Source: Candidatus Omnitrophota bacterium
Lineage (GTDB): Bacteria; Omnitrophota; Gorgyraeia; Zapsychrales; JANLHA01
Length of the DNA: 64,000 nt
Assembly (NCBI GenBank): GCA_040753435.1
Contig: JBFMEN010000069.1
Location: 47,551 to 111,550, forward strand
Direction: 5' to 3'
Within the stretch, counting starts at the first letter, position 1, and every line of letters starts with the position of its first letter. The position numbers were made by a program, and so were the translations under genes. Below the pieces are notes generated by a model. That model had not been told where the DNA came from, did not search any database, and worked only from the letters and a program-made list of their open reading frames with translations. Shown here in pieces: positions 55,070 through 64,000 of this stretch.

Positions 55070-55176
55070 CGCGAATATCGAAATCCGAAGTAAATTAAAA
55101 TATCAAACAAAACAATATTTATAAATTTTGATTTAAAAATTATTTTCCGGATCCGGATTTTCGGCATTCGAATTTC

Positions 55177-56271
55177 ATGAACAAACTTTTCAAAAATATA
55201 TATCACAACCGCAGAGTTTTTATCACCGGCCATACCGGCTTCAAAGGATCATGGCTCGCGTTCTGGCTGAGAAAGATGGGGGCTGAAGTCTTTGGTTATT
55301 CTCTCGAGCCTCCGTCAGACCCGAATCACGCCAGTCTTTTGGATTTGGATATTCAGAGCATGATCGCCGACATCAGAGATCGAGATGTTCTTTATGGCGC
55401 CATTAAAGATTTCCAACCCGAGATTGTTTTTCACCTTGCCGCCCAACCGTTAGTCCGGTATTCGTATCAATATCCTGTTGATACGTTTGAAACAAATGTC
55501 ATGGGTTGTGTTTTTTTGTTTGACGTCTGCCGTCAGGTCAACTCTGTTCGAGCCATCATTAACGTCACCAGTGATAAATGTTATGAAAATAAAGAACGGA
55601 TGGAAGGGTACCGAGAGGACGATCCGATGGGAGGGCATGATCCTTACAGTTGTTCAAAAGGTTGTGCGGAGTTGGTCACTACAGCTTACCGGCGGTCATT
55701 TTTTCCGATTGAAGAGTTTGGTCATAGCCATCATGTCCTTGTCGCCAGTTGTAGGGCCGGCAATGTTATCGGTGGAGGAGATTGGGCCCAGGATCGTTTA
55801 ATTCCCGATATTATCAGAGCAGTTGCCTGCCGGGAATGTGTTAGAATCCGGCACCCGCAAGCAATTCGTCCATGGCAGCATGTGCTTGAACCGTTAAGCG
55901 GCTATCTTCTTCTGGGACAGAGATTGCTGGAGGGGAAAAAAGAGTTTTCGCAGGCATGGAATTTTGGCCCGGGCAAGGGTGATGTTCGATGTGTCGAAGA
56001 CGTTGTCAAGGGAATGTCATTTCAGTGGGACAGAGTTTCTTATCATTTTGATGAAGGCGAACATCTTCATGAAGCGAAGGTGCTGCAGTTAAATTGTGAT
56101 AAAGTCAACACGATTATGAACTGGAGTGAGGTTTGGGACGTTGATGAAGCTATTCGCCGGACAGCTATCTGGTATAAAAAATTTTATGAAGAAAAAGCGG
56201 TTGTAACTGAAAATGACATTTCGGATTATGTCAATCACGCACGTAATAAAGGAATCGTATGGGCGGTTTAA
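55177..56271 (+). CDS. rfbG: CDP-glucose 4,6-dehydratase
   Basis: VFITGHTGFKGSWLAFWL (NAD Rossmann), the YSCSK catalytic YxxxK region and the overall SDR-extended pattern of RfbG/DdhB. Confidence 0.85.
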   Translation: MNKLFKNIYHNRRVFITGHTGFKGSWLAFWLRKMGAEVFGYSLEPPSDPNHASLLDLDIQSMIADIRDRDVLYGAIKDFQPEIVFHLAAQPLVRYSYQYPVDTFETNVMGCVFLFDVCRQVNSVRAIINVTSDKCYENKERMEGYREDDPMGGHDPYSCSKGCAELVTTAYRRSFFPIEEFGHSHHVLVASCRAGNVIGGGDWAQDRLIPDIIRAVACRECVRIRHPQAIRPWQHVLEPLSGYLLLGQRLLEGKKEFSQAWNFGPGKGDVRCVEDVVKGMSFQWDRVSYHFDEGEHLHEAKVLQLNCDKVNTIMNWSEVWDVDEAIRRTAIWYKKFYEEKAVVTENDISDYVNHARNKGIVWAV

Positions 56272-57596
56272 ATCCTGAACAAATAAAAGCTGATATTTTA
56301 TGCCGGGTCAAAGAGTATTATCACGCGACATTCGGCCAGCCGGAGGATTTTAAACCAGGCAAAAGCCCGGTGGCATATGCCGGCCGTGTCTTTAATGAAA
56401 ATGAAATGACTAATCTCGTTGATTCCGCCCTTGAATTCTGGTTGACTTATGGACGTTATTCAAAAGAGTTTGAGTATCGTTTGGCTGAATATTTGGGATT
56501 AAGGTGGTCTCTTGTCGTGAATTCCGGCTCATCGGCAAATTTATTAGCCTTCATGGCCTTGACGTCGCCACTTTTGAAGGAACGACGTGTCCGGAGGGGT
56601 GATGAGGTTGTTACTGTTGCCGCGGGATTTCCGACAACAGTGGCGCCGATGATTCAGTATGGCGCAGTTCCTGTCTTTGTGGATGTTGACCTCGAAACCT
56701 TTAACATCGATATCACTCAATTGCAAAGGGCGTTGACCGATAAAACAAAGGCTGTGATGCTGGCGCACACCCTTGGGAATCCATTTAATATTGACGCGGT
56801 TCAGGCATTTTGCAGCGCCCATGGGCTTTGGTTAATTGAGGATAACTGCGATGCGCTTGGCTCAACATATAACGGGAAACTGACCGGGACATTCGGCGAT
56901 ATCGGGACGAGCAGTTTTTACCCTCCCCATCATATCACCATGGGAGAAGGCGGGGCGGTTTATACGAGCGATCCTCTGTTAAGGAAGATTATGCTTTCAA
57001 TCCGGGACTGGGGTCGCGACTGCTGGTGTGACAGCGGGCGGGATGATACCTGTGGACAGCGTTTTAACGGCCAGTTTGGATCCCTGCCTTTCGGGTATGA
57101 TCATAAATATGTGTACAGTCATTTCGGATATAATTTGAAAGCGACCGACCTTCAGGCCGCGGTGGGCTGCGCGCAGTTAGAAAAACTTGATGAGTTCACG
57201 CGGAAACGCAAAGAGAATTTTCGCGCCTTTTATGAAGGGCTTAAAGGTCTGGATGAGTATTTTATTTTACCCAAATCTACAGAGAAAAGTGATCCGTCCT
57301 GGTTCGGGTTTCTTCTGACATTACGGGATGGCGTTGCGTTTAAACGTAATGATCTTGTCGAATATTTAGAAGGCAAAAATATTCAAACTAGAAATCTTTT
57401 TGCCGGTAATCTCACCCGGCATCCGTGCTTTGAATCTTTAAACGAGGGCGTCGATTATCGCATCGCAGGAAATTTGTCGAATACGGACAAGATCATGAAC
57501 GACAGCTTCTGGTTCGGGGTGTATCCGGGGATGGATAAAAACTTAGTTGACTATATTATTAGAACAATAAAGGAGTTTATTCTTGAAAATAGATGA
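56259..57596 (+). CDS. rfbH: CDP-6-deoxy-D-xylo-4-hexulose-3-dehydrase (RfbH/DdhC, PMP-dependent, DegT family)
   Basis: SLVVNSGSSANLLAF, FGDIGTSSFYPPHHITMGEGGAV and an N-terminus typical of RfbH. Confidence 0.8.
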   Translation: MGGLNPEQIKADILCRVKEYYHATFGQPEDFKPGKSPVAYAGRVFNENEMTNLVDSALEFWLTYGRYSKEFEYRLAEYLGLRWSLVVNSGSSANLLAFMALTSPLLKERRVRRGDEVVTVAAGFPTTVAPMIQYGAVPVFVDVDLETFNIDITQLQRALTDKTKAVMLAHTLGNPFNIDAVQAFCSAHGLWLIEDNCDALGSTYNGKLTGTFGDIGTSSFYPPHHITMGEGGAVYTSDPLLRKIMLSIRDWGRDCWCDSGRDDTCGQRFNGQFGSLPFGYDHKYVYSHFGYNLKATDLQAAVGCAQLEKLDEFTRKRKENFRAFYEGLKGLDEYFILPKSTEKSDPSWFGFLLTLRDGVAFKRNDLVEYLEGKNIQTRNLFAGNLTRHPCFESLNEGVDYRIAGNLSNTDKIMNDSFWFGVYPGMDKNLVDYIIRTIKEFILENR

Positions 57597-59364
57597 TCCT
57601 CGAGCACTGTTTAGGGAAACGATCAAAAAAGAATTTTCTTTTTTAAAAAGCGACGCCTCATTTATTGATGCCATTTCAAAATCCATTTCTTTGCCTCGGA
57701 ATCAAGGAGCTCTTTTGCCGATTCATTATGGACTAGTCAATGACGATGAGCTTATTAAAACTTTAGCCATTTGGAGGGAAGAAAACTCGTTTGCATATTG
57801 CGTCAAGTTTAAAGTGACCTTTGATGGTACCAGAAACTGGCTTAAAAATCAGGTTTTAGACAATGATGCAAGAATTTTATTTTTGGTCATTGATCGTTTT
57901 GGACGACGAATCGGTCATGTGGGTCTAGGGGATTGTATGAATGATCAATGTAAGATTATGGTAGATAACATACTGCGAGGAGACAAAACGCATGAGAAGG
58001 GAATTATGGCTGAAGCGGTGCTGGAACTTTGCGAATGGGCCAGAAAGACGTTTTTACCTAACGAAATCTATTTAAAAGTACTTGATGATAACCATCATGC
58101 CGTTGAGTTTTATAAAAAACTTGGTTTTATTGAGACCGGTAAACTTCCTTTAGTTAGGGAGGACCGCGGCGCAGGTTATTTTGCTTATCTTGATGCCAAG
58201 GAAAGCCAGAAACCCGACCGGTATTTTGTGAATATGGTTATCCCCGAAAGAAAAGGGTTTAAGCCAGAGAAAACTATTTTGACTGCCGGCCCTTTAATTG
58301 GAGGTCGTGAAGTTTTTTACGTTAATGATGCGGCGCGTAATGGATGGAATGAGCAATGGAGCGGGTATTTGACCAGGTTCGAGAAAAAATTCGCCGAATA
58401 TATCGGAGTGAAATATGCCCTGGCAACATCCAGCGGAACAGGTGCGCTCCATATTGCGCTTTTGGCTTTAGACATCGGGCCTGGCGACGAGGTTATTATC
58501 CCCGATCTTACCTGGGTTGCAACTGGACAAGCAGTTAATTATGTAGGTGCTGTTCCAGTTTTCGCCGATGTCCAGAAATTGACCTGGTGTCTTGATCCGG
58601 ATTCATTTAAAAAACAAATCACGAACAAAACAAAAGCTGTCATGCCGGTTCATTTATATGGCCACCCCTCCCGAATGGATGAGATTTTGCCGATTGCAAA
58701 AAAATATGGAATAAAAGTTGTTGAGGATGCAGCTCCGTCGATAGGAGCTGAAGTTAATGGCAAGCGAACAGGAAGTTTCGGTGATTTTGCTATGTTTAGT
58801 TTTCAGGGTGCTAAACTGACAGTCACTGGGGAAGGCGGGATTCTTTTAACTAATGATGACAAGCTTTATGAGAAGGCACGAAAAATCTGGGACCAGGGCC
58901 GCCGTCCAGGGACATTCTGGATTGATGAGGTTGGATGGAAATATAAAATGTCAAATGTTCAAGCCGCTCTTGGGTTGGGCCAGCTTGAACATGTTGAGCA
59001 ACTGGTGGCGGCAAAGCGTCAAATTTTTTCATGGTATGAGGAGTTTTTATCGGACTGTCCTTATATTGAATTAAACAGGGAGGCTGCATGGGCAAGAAGC
59101 ATTTACTGGATGAGCAGTATTTTATTGAACGCTGATGCTCCATTAAATCGGGAAGAATTAATCCGGTCATTGAAAGACAACAAGATTGACAGCCGGCCTG
59201 TTTTCCCTTCAATGAGTTTGTTTGACTTCTGGCCGAAGAAACAGAGATCCCAGGAAAATGCTTTCTATATCGGAAATCATGGAATTAATCTTCCCAGCGG
59301 CGTTTGTTTAAAAAGGGAAGAGGTTAAATATGTCTGCGACACAATAAAACGGTTGCTATCATGA
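57583..59364 (+). CDS. Bifunctional GNAT-like N-acyltransferase (N-terminal ~230 aa) fused to a DegT/DnrJ/EryC1/StrS sugar aminotransferase
   Basis: N-terminal GNAT core (ILFLVIDRFGRRIGHVGLG...GKGIMAEAVLELCEWA...EFYKKLGF). C-terminal fold-type I aminotransferase (ALATSSGTGALHIALLAL...DEVIIPDLTW; FSFQGAKLTVTGEGGIL). A 14-nt overlap with rfbH. Confidence 0.7.
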   Translation: MKIDDPRALFRETIKKEFSFLKSDASFIDAISKSISLPRNQGALLPIHYGLVNDDELIKTLAIWREENSFAYCVKFKVTFDGTRNWLKNQVLDNDARILFLVIDRFGRRIGHVGLGDCMNDQCKIMVDNILRGDKTHEKGIMAEAVLELCEWARKTFLPNEIYLKVLDDNHHAVEFYKKLGFIETGKLPLVREDRGAGYFAYLDAKESQKPDRYFVNMVIPERKGFKPEKTILTAGPLIGGREVFYVNDAARNGWNEQWSGYLTRFEKKFAEYIGVKYALATSSGTGALHIALLALDIGPGDEVIIPDLTWVATGQAVNYVGAVPVFADVQKLTWCLDPDSFKKQITNKTKAVMPVHLYGHPSRMDEILPIAKKYGIKVVEDAAPSIGAEVNGKRTGSFGDFAMFSFQGAKLTVTGEGGILLTNDDKLYEKARKIWDQGRRPGTFWIDEVGWKYKMSNVQAALGLGQLEHVEQLVAAKRQIFSWYEEFLSDCPYIELNREAAWARSIYWMSSILLNADAPLNREELIRSLKDNKIDSRPVFPSMSLFDFWPKKQRSQENAFYIGNHGINLPSGVCLKREEVKYVCDTIKRLLS

Positions 59365-60176
59365 CTGATTTTGAAAAATTAAAGGATCATGCCAAATCGA
59401 TCCGGATTAATGCACTAAAAATTATCAGCCGCAGCAGGGCGAGCCATATCGGCAGCGGGTATTCTTGTGTGGAACTTTTAACCTTTTTATATGGGAATTG
59501 GCTAAATGTTTCCCCACAAGGCATCAATCACCCCGATCGCGACAGGTTTATTTTGAGCAAAGGACATGCTGCTGCAGTTTATTATTCTGTTCTTGCAGAA
59601 TTTGGTTTCATATCAATGAAAGATCTCGATTCCTATTGTCAGTTTGGTTCTTTATTAGGTGGCCATGTGCATCATGCAGTAGCAGGGGTTGAAATTTCAA
59701 CAGGATCATTAGGTCACGGGCTGCCAATCGCTGTTGGGATGGCCTTGGCGGCAAAAAGAAATCGAAAGAGATATCGTGTTGTGGCTCTGCTTTCTGATGG
59801 AGAAATGGAGGAGGGATCTAATTGGGAAGCGCTGAATATGGCCTCAGCACAAAGACTTGATAATCTGACAGTTGTCGTCGATAAAAACGGATTGCAGGCA
59901 ATGGGATTTGTAAAAGACATTTTGCCTATGGACAATCTTGGAGACAGGATTAATAGTTTTGGTTGTGCTGCGCAAATTATTGATGGACATAATGTTAATC
60001 AAATTGATTTGGCGTTCCAGGGTATTCCATTTATAAAAAATAAACCTTCTGTACTAATCGCGAATACTATTAAAGGCAAGGGCGTCAGTTTTATGGAAAA
60101 TAAACTTGAATGGCATTACCGTTCTCCCAATGAAGAGCAATATCAGAAGGCATTAAAGGAATTGGAGTCGGTATGA
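59361..60176 (+). CDS. Transketolase, N-terminal (TPP-binding) subunit
   Basis: HIGSGYSCVELLTFLY, GHAAAVYYSVL and GSLGHGLPIAVGMA match the transketolase PP domain. 4-nt overlaps on both sides. Confidence 0.8.
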   Translation: MTDFEKLKDHAKSIRINALKIISRSRASHIGSGYSCVELLTFLYGNWLNVSPQGINHPDRDRFILSKGHAAAVYYSVLAEFGFISMKDLDSYCQFGSLLGGHVHHAVAGVEISTGSLGHGLPIAVGMALAAKRNRKRYRVVALLSDGEMEEGSNWEALNMASAQRLDNLTVVVDKNGLQAMGFVKDILPMDNLGDRINSFGCAAQIIDGHNVNQIDLAFQGIPFIKNKPSVLIANTIKGKGVSFMENKLEWHYRSPNEEQYQKALKELESV

Positions 60177-61084
60177 GGACGGCTTTTATGGAAACACTGT
60201 GTGAGGCTGCGGAAATAGATGATCGAATCTGTTTAATTGTAGGAGATCTTGGGTTTTCTGTTGTTGAGTCTTTTGTAGAAAGATTTCCCGATCGTTTTCT
60301 GAATGCGGGGGTTGCCGAGCAATCAATGACCGGGATCGCGACAGGGTGGGCTTTGGCAGAGAAAAAGATTGTCTTTACGTATAGTATTGCTAATTTTCCT
60401 ACGATGCGATGTGTTGAACAAGTTCGTAATGACGTATGTGCTCACAAGGCAGATGTTAAAATTATTTCACTGGGCAGCGGAATTACTTATGGCCCGTCGG
60501 GATATTCACACTTCGCCGTTGAAGACCTCGCTGTTATGAATGCCATGCCGCACATGATCATCTTTACGCCAGCTGACCCCCAAGAGGCTAAACATTGTTT
60601 GGATCTGGCTGTCCGCACGCCCGGCCCTGCATATATACGTTTAGCAAAAAGCGGCGAGCCGAATCTAAGACAATCATTCGTTCCTTTCGAAATAGGTGAT
60701 TTTGTTGAATACAAGTCGGGGAATGACCTGTGCGTGTTGGGGATTGGCTCGATTTTGTCTGAGTGCTTGTCTGCTGCAAAGATGTTGGAACCTTCATTGT
60801 CGGCTTCGGTACTTGGTTTGCCAGTACTAAAGCCGTTGAATGAAAAGAAACTGGTCGAATATTTAAGGCCTTTTCCATTATTGATTACTGTTGAAGAACA
60901 TTCCGAACATGGGGGGATGGCCGGTATCATTTCAGAATTGGTGGTAAGGAATGGATTGTCGCCCAGGCTAATAAAAATATCATTGCCGGAAGGGTTTGAC
61001 AGGGTCGGTCCACAGGAAGATTTGCGCAAATCATCAGGACTTGATGCGAAGTCAATTGCAGAAAAAATTCTAGGGAGCATTTAA
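60173..61084 (+). CDS. Transketolase, C-terminal (Pyr + C-terminal domain) subunit
   Basis: GVAEQSMTGIATGWAL, HFAVEDLAVMNAMPHMIIFTPAD and the C-terminal domain. Confidence 0.8.
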   Translation: MRTAFMETLCEAAEIDDRICLIVGDLGFSVVESFVERFPDRFLNAGVAEQSMTGIATGWALAEKKIVFTYSIANFPTMRCVEQVRNDVCAHKADVKIISLGSGITYGPSGYSHFAVEDLAVMNAMPHMIIFTPADPQEAKHCLDLAVRTPGPAYIRLAKSGEPNLRQSFVPFEIGDFVEYKSGNDLCVLGIGSILSECLSAAKMLEPSLSASVLGLPVLKPLNEKKLVEYLRPFPLLITVEEHSEHGGMAGIISELVVRNGLSPRLIKISLPEGFDRVGPQEDLRKSSGLDAKSIAEKILGSI

Positions 61085-61909
61085 ATGCGGGAAACGATCT
61101 GTTTGATTGCTGGGGGAAAGAACGAGGGGAAATCCCTGCCGGCATTTTTTAAATATCATGAATGGGTCGATGAGATTTTACTGATGGATTCTTTCAGTAC
61201 GGATAACACAGAAGAAATTTGTCGCGAATATAACCGACAATGCTTTAAAGCAGAAATGGGAGGGGACGCTAACAAACGCCATAATCTTGCTTTGAAGACA
61301 GCAAAAAGTGATTGGGTTTTTTTGATCGATCCTGACGAGTTCATTTCTGATGAGCTTAAGAATGAAATTTTTGAGATCCTGGATAAGGGGACGGACTGTG
61401 CGGCGTTTGAAAATAAAAGAGTGAATTTTTTTCTGGATAAGCCCCTTCGCTACGGCGGCTGGAGCGGTTATTCAATGAAGTTTTTTCGCAAGAATTCAGT
61501 TTCCTTTAACGGCGATTCTTTTCATGAAAAACCGATTATCGATGGAAAAATAGGCAGGTTGAAAGGTGAAGTGCGCCATTACCCCAGCCCCAATATTCAC
61601 TGGATTCTGCAAAAGTTTAACTATATTAGCGAGTTCGATTTGAAGGAATATGCGAATAAACATGGCGAACTTGCAGAAAAGCAGTTTAAATGGCTTCTTA
61701 TTTCAAAACCTTTCAAGAATTTTTGGAAATGTTATATCAGGAAAAAAGGGTATAAAGACGGACTGCACGGCTTTATTTACGCTATGCTGATGTGGGCGTT
61801 TGATGTGATCCGTATATGCAAATATGGGGAGCGGTATCTGATTAAAAATCCAAATATACCCGCGTTAAATGAATTGCCCGACCCATGGGAGTGCAGGAAA
61901 AAGGCATGA
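61085..61909 (+). CDS. Glycosyltransferase family 2
   Basis: ICLIAGGKNEGKSL...ILLMDSFSTDNT (GT-A DxD-type region) and FLIDPDEF. Confidence 0.7.
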   Translation: MRETICLIAGGKNEGKSLPAFFKYHEWVDEILLMDSFSTDNTEEICREYNRQCFKAEMGGDANKRHNLALKTAKSDWVFLIDPDEFISDELKNEIFEILDKGTDCAAFENKRVNFFLDKPLRYGGWSGYSMKFFRKNSVSFNGDSFHEKPIIDGKIGRLKGEVRHYPSPNIHWILQKFNYISEFDLKEYANKHGELAEKQFKWLLISKPFKNFWKCYIRKKGYKDGLHGFIYAMLMWAFDVIRICKYGERYLIKNPNIPALNELPDPWECRKKA

Positions 61910-62952
61910 CCCAGCCAATACCAAAAACGATTGCGGTGTTCCGGACGGACAGGATTGGTGAAGTCCTTTTATCTACAGTCGCTGTAGATATTCTCAGGAA
62001 AGCTTATCCCGCATCATCGATCATTTTTTTTACGTCAAAATATTCAGCCGCGCTTTTGCATAATCGAAAAGACATCAATGAGGTTATCCCGCTTGATATT
62101 TTTCAACGCCGTCATTGGGTTGGCGACGCTTTGAGACTTGCCCGGATGTTAAAGTCCCGTCGGTGCGGCATGTCGATCGTTCTTAATCCATCTAAAACAG
62201 TTCATCTGGCCTGTTTTTTTGCAAGGGTTCGAAGACGCTGCGGCTTTGATCGGAAATGGGGTTCTTTGCTGACGGACAGAGTTAATGACTGCCGGAATGA
62301 CGGGAAGCAGCATGAAGTTGAGTACACCAAAGAATTTTTTCGGGCGTTGGGGATTCCTGCCGCGGACGAAGTTCGGCCTTCCCTGGTTGTTGCGAATAAA
62401 ATGAAGGAGCTTGTCAGGCTTCGTTTGCAGGAACGTGGGGTGGACTTAAGAAAACAACTGGTGATAGTCCATCCTTGCGCCAGTAATCCCTTAAAATGCT
62501 GGCCCCGGCAAAAGTATATAGAATTGTCGCGCCAATTAGGATCGCTTTCCGTTCAACTCGTTTTGATTGGTGAGCAAAAGGAATATGATGAGCTTGCGGA
62601 TATGGTGTGTGAATGCGGGTGTCATGTATTGAATGGCGCAGGTTTGTTTGATCTTGAAGAATTAGCCGCGGTGATTAATATTTCTGATTTGTTTATCGGC
62701 AATGATTCCGGTCCGATGCACATGGCTGCGGCGCTCGGAGTCCCGGTTATCGCGATTTTTTCCAAAAAGGCAACAGGGTCAAATCCATTACGGTGGCGGC
62801 CCTGGGGAGAAGGACATGCGATTTTTCATGAACTTTATGGAGAAAAGCCTTGCCAATTAAAACATTTCAGTGGATATTATATTGCCAAAGATGAAATTGA
62901 ACCTTCCGACGTTTTAAAATTGTCCTGTGTTTATTTAAATGAAAGGCTTTAG
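61906..62952 (+). CDS. Glycosyltransferase family 9 (heptosyltransferase-like)
   Basis: IAVFRTDRIGEVLLSTVAVDILRKAYP... and C-terminal LFIGNDSGPMHMAAALGVPVIAIF match the GT9 signature. The ATG at 61906 overlaps the GT2 stop (ATGA); the alternative start is 61885. Confidence 0.8.
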   Translation: MTQPIPKTIAVFRTDRIGEVLLSTVAVDILRKAYPASSIIFFTSKYSAALLHNRKDINEVIPLDIFQRRHWVGDALRLARMLKSRRCGMSIVLNPSKTVHLACFFARVRRRCGFDRKWGSLLTDRVNDCRNDGKQHEVEYTKEFFRALGIPAADEVRPSLVVANKMKELVRLRLQERGVDLRKQLVIVHPCASNPLKCWPRQKYIELSRQLGSLSVQLVLIGEQKEYDELADMVCECGCHVLNGAGLFDLEELAAVINISDLFIGNDSGPMHMAAALGVPVIAIFSKKATGSNPLRWRPWGEGHAIFHELYGEKPCQLKHFSGYYIAKDEIEPSDVLKLSCVYLNERL

Positions 62953-63658
62953 GCCCATGATGGATAATTACTTTTTAAATAATCCTGTTTTTTTAAAATA
63001 CAAGCGTCGTTTCGACTGGAAAAAATTGCGCCGAACGCCCCAATTGGTCAAGGCGATAATCAACGAACGGATTGTTGAGATCCCGTTTGCGCTTAACGCT
63101 TTGTCCGTTATTCCCCGTGATGGAAAAGTGCTGGACGTCGGATGCATGGAAAGCCTGTTTCCATTGTTTGCTTCGGCGCTCGGATACCAGGTGACGGGAT
63201 TTGATTTCAGGGAGTTCCCTTACCAGGCGCCCAATTTCACTTTTGTTCAGGGCGATATTCTGGATCTCCCTTTTAAAGAAAATGAATTCGATGCGGTGAG
63301 CTGTGTATCGACTATTGAACACGTCGGGATTGGTTACTATAGTGATCCGGCGGACGATGTCTCCGCGGACGTGAAGGGGATTAAAGAAATCCGGCGGATC
63401 CTCAAACCATCCGGATTATTGATTCTCAGCGTCCCGTTTGGGAAAGCCCATATTGATCATCAACAGCGTGTTTATGATACCGAAATGATAAATAATCTCC
63501 TTAAAGATTTTAATGTAACGTCGGTTCAGTTTTTCAAAAATACCCGGCCTGTCCTTGGCAATAATTATTGGGAAAAGGTCGATCAGAATATAGCTGAGAA
63601 AATTGATTATCAAACCGGGACTGAATGCGTCTGTTGTGCGACTGCGGTTAAACACTGA
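62939..63658 (+). CDS. Class I SAM-dependent methyltransferase-like protein (atypical motif I)
   Basis: VLDVGCMESLF (degenerate GxGxG), acidic D at the end of beta2 (GFDFRE), and motif post-II IRRILKPSGLLILSVP. Confidence 0.5.
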   Translation: MKGFRPMMDNYFLNNPVFLKYKRRFDWKKLRRTPQLVKAIINERIVEIPFALNALSVIPRDGKVLDVGCMESLFPLFASALGYQVTGFDFREFPYQAPNFTFVQGDILDLPFKENEFDAVSCVSTIEHVGIGYYSDPADDVSADVKGIKEIRRILKPSGLLILSVPFGKAHIDHQQRVYDTEMINNLLKDFNVTSVQFFKNTRPVLGNNYWEKVDQNIAEKIDYQTGTECVCCATAVKH

Positions 63659-63677
63659 TAATAATCGGCAGGTCATA

Positions 63678-64000
63678 ATGTTTAAAAAAATAATTTTTTC
63701 ATTAATCCTGGCGTTTATTTCGCTGACACTGATCATTATCGGAGCTGAGATCGTCCTTCGTGTTTTGAAAGGCGTTCCGGAAAGCCCGCTTGCCCAGATT
63801 ACCCAGGATCAAAATAATACGCGTTTTCTTTTCAAGCCCGGCGAGGTGCTTGAGAGTAATTCATCTGTCGAAGGCGAATTTAATTACACCGCCCGCATAA
63901 ATTCTCATGGCTATCGGGGGAAAGAGTTCCCGCCTGAAAAGCAGTCGGGAAAACTCCGTATTATGATGGTTGGTGATTCATTTACATTTGGAGTCGGATC
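63678..64000 (+). CDS. SGNH/GDSL-like hydrolase with N-terminal membrane anchor (3' truncated at the window edge)
   Basis: An N-terminal TM helix. Block I IMMVGDSFTFGVGS (GDS(L)) lies near the end of the window. Confidence 0.5.
   Translation, partial: MFKKIIFSLILAFISLTLIIIGAEIVLRVLKGVPESPLAQITQDQNNTRFLFKPGEVLESNSSVEGEFNYTARINSHGYRGKEFPPEKQSGKLRIMMVGDSFTFGVG

Noticed and set aside
1-64000. Looked for CRISPR arrays, tRNA/rRNA/tmRNA genes, transposases, integrases and IS-type terminal inverted repeats
   Set aside because: I saw no regularly spaced direct repeats. No intergenic region is long and structured enough for a tRNA or rRNA. No ORF has DDE-transposase or tyrosine/serine-recombinase motifs. 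The window appears to be chromosomal core and accessory metabolism without mobile elements.

Overview
This 64 kb window is densely coded and almost entirely plus-strand, with about 70 genes; the only minus-strand genes are three at 51.1-53.3 kb. The organism looks Gram-negative: it has outer-membrane beta-barrels ending in F or W, a TonB-dependent receptor, a GT9 heptosyltransferase and CDP-sugar genes. It also looks anaerobic or microaerophilic: KorAB 2-oxoacid:ferredoxin oxidoreductase, rubrerythrin, rubredoxin, hemerythrin, glutaredoxin/TrxR and a Cu/Zn SOD are present. Contents in order: a 5'-truncated HtrA protease; an HPF-cold-shock-domain fusion next to a release-factor-like protein; a redox-stress toolkit (acylphosphatase, BON, ferritin-like, Grx, TrxR-like, hemerythrin, KorAB, Tpx-PCD fusion, dodecin-rubredoxin fusion, DoxX, SodC); NAD salvage (pncA, pncB); SuhB and FtsH; three paralogous tandem PRC-barrel proteins with BON, CBS and PRTase neighbours; an AEP primase-polymerase-like protein translationally coupled to a xylose-isomerase/EndoIV-like TIM barrel; a PabB-PabC fusion; a TonB receptor; crcB, tatD and tcdA; a 370-bp AT-rich intergenic region followed by two giant paralogous exported proteins, one carrying an internal J-domain; trpE-trpGD-trpB-trpA preceded by a tandem 18-bp palindromic operator-like element; a membrane-anchored B12-binding radical SAM protein; a small minus-strand island (membrane protein, GH18, DJ-1); a secreted Gly/Asn-repeat protein; and a CDP-3,6-dideoxy/amino-sugar and glycosyltransferase cluster (rfbF, rfbG, rfbH, GNAT-aminotransferase fusion, split transketolase, GT2, GT9, methyltransferase, GDSL). 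I found no rRNA, tRNA, CRISPR array, transposase or integrase by eye. The strongest candidates for something undescribed are the AEP-like/TIM-barrel operon (18.2-20.4 kb) and the giant paralog pair with a shared N-terminal domain, an embedded J-domain and a shared C-terminal 'GGIDL' tail (37.4-44.0 kb). All calls rest on recognition of family motifs in the translated ORFs; no database search was possible.
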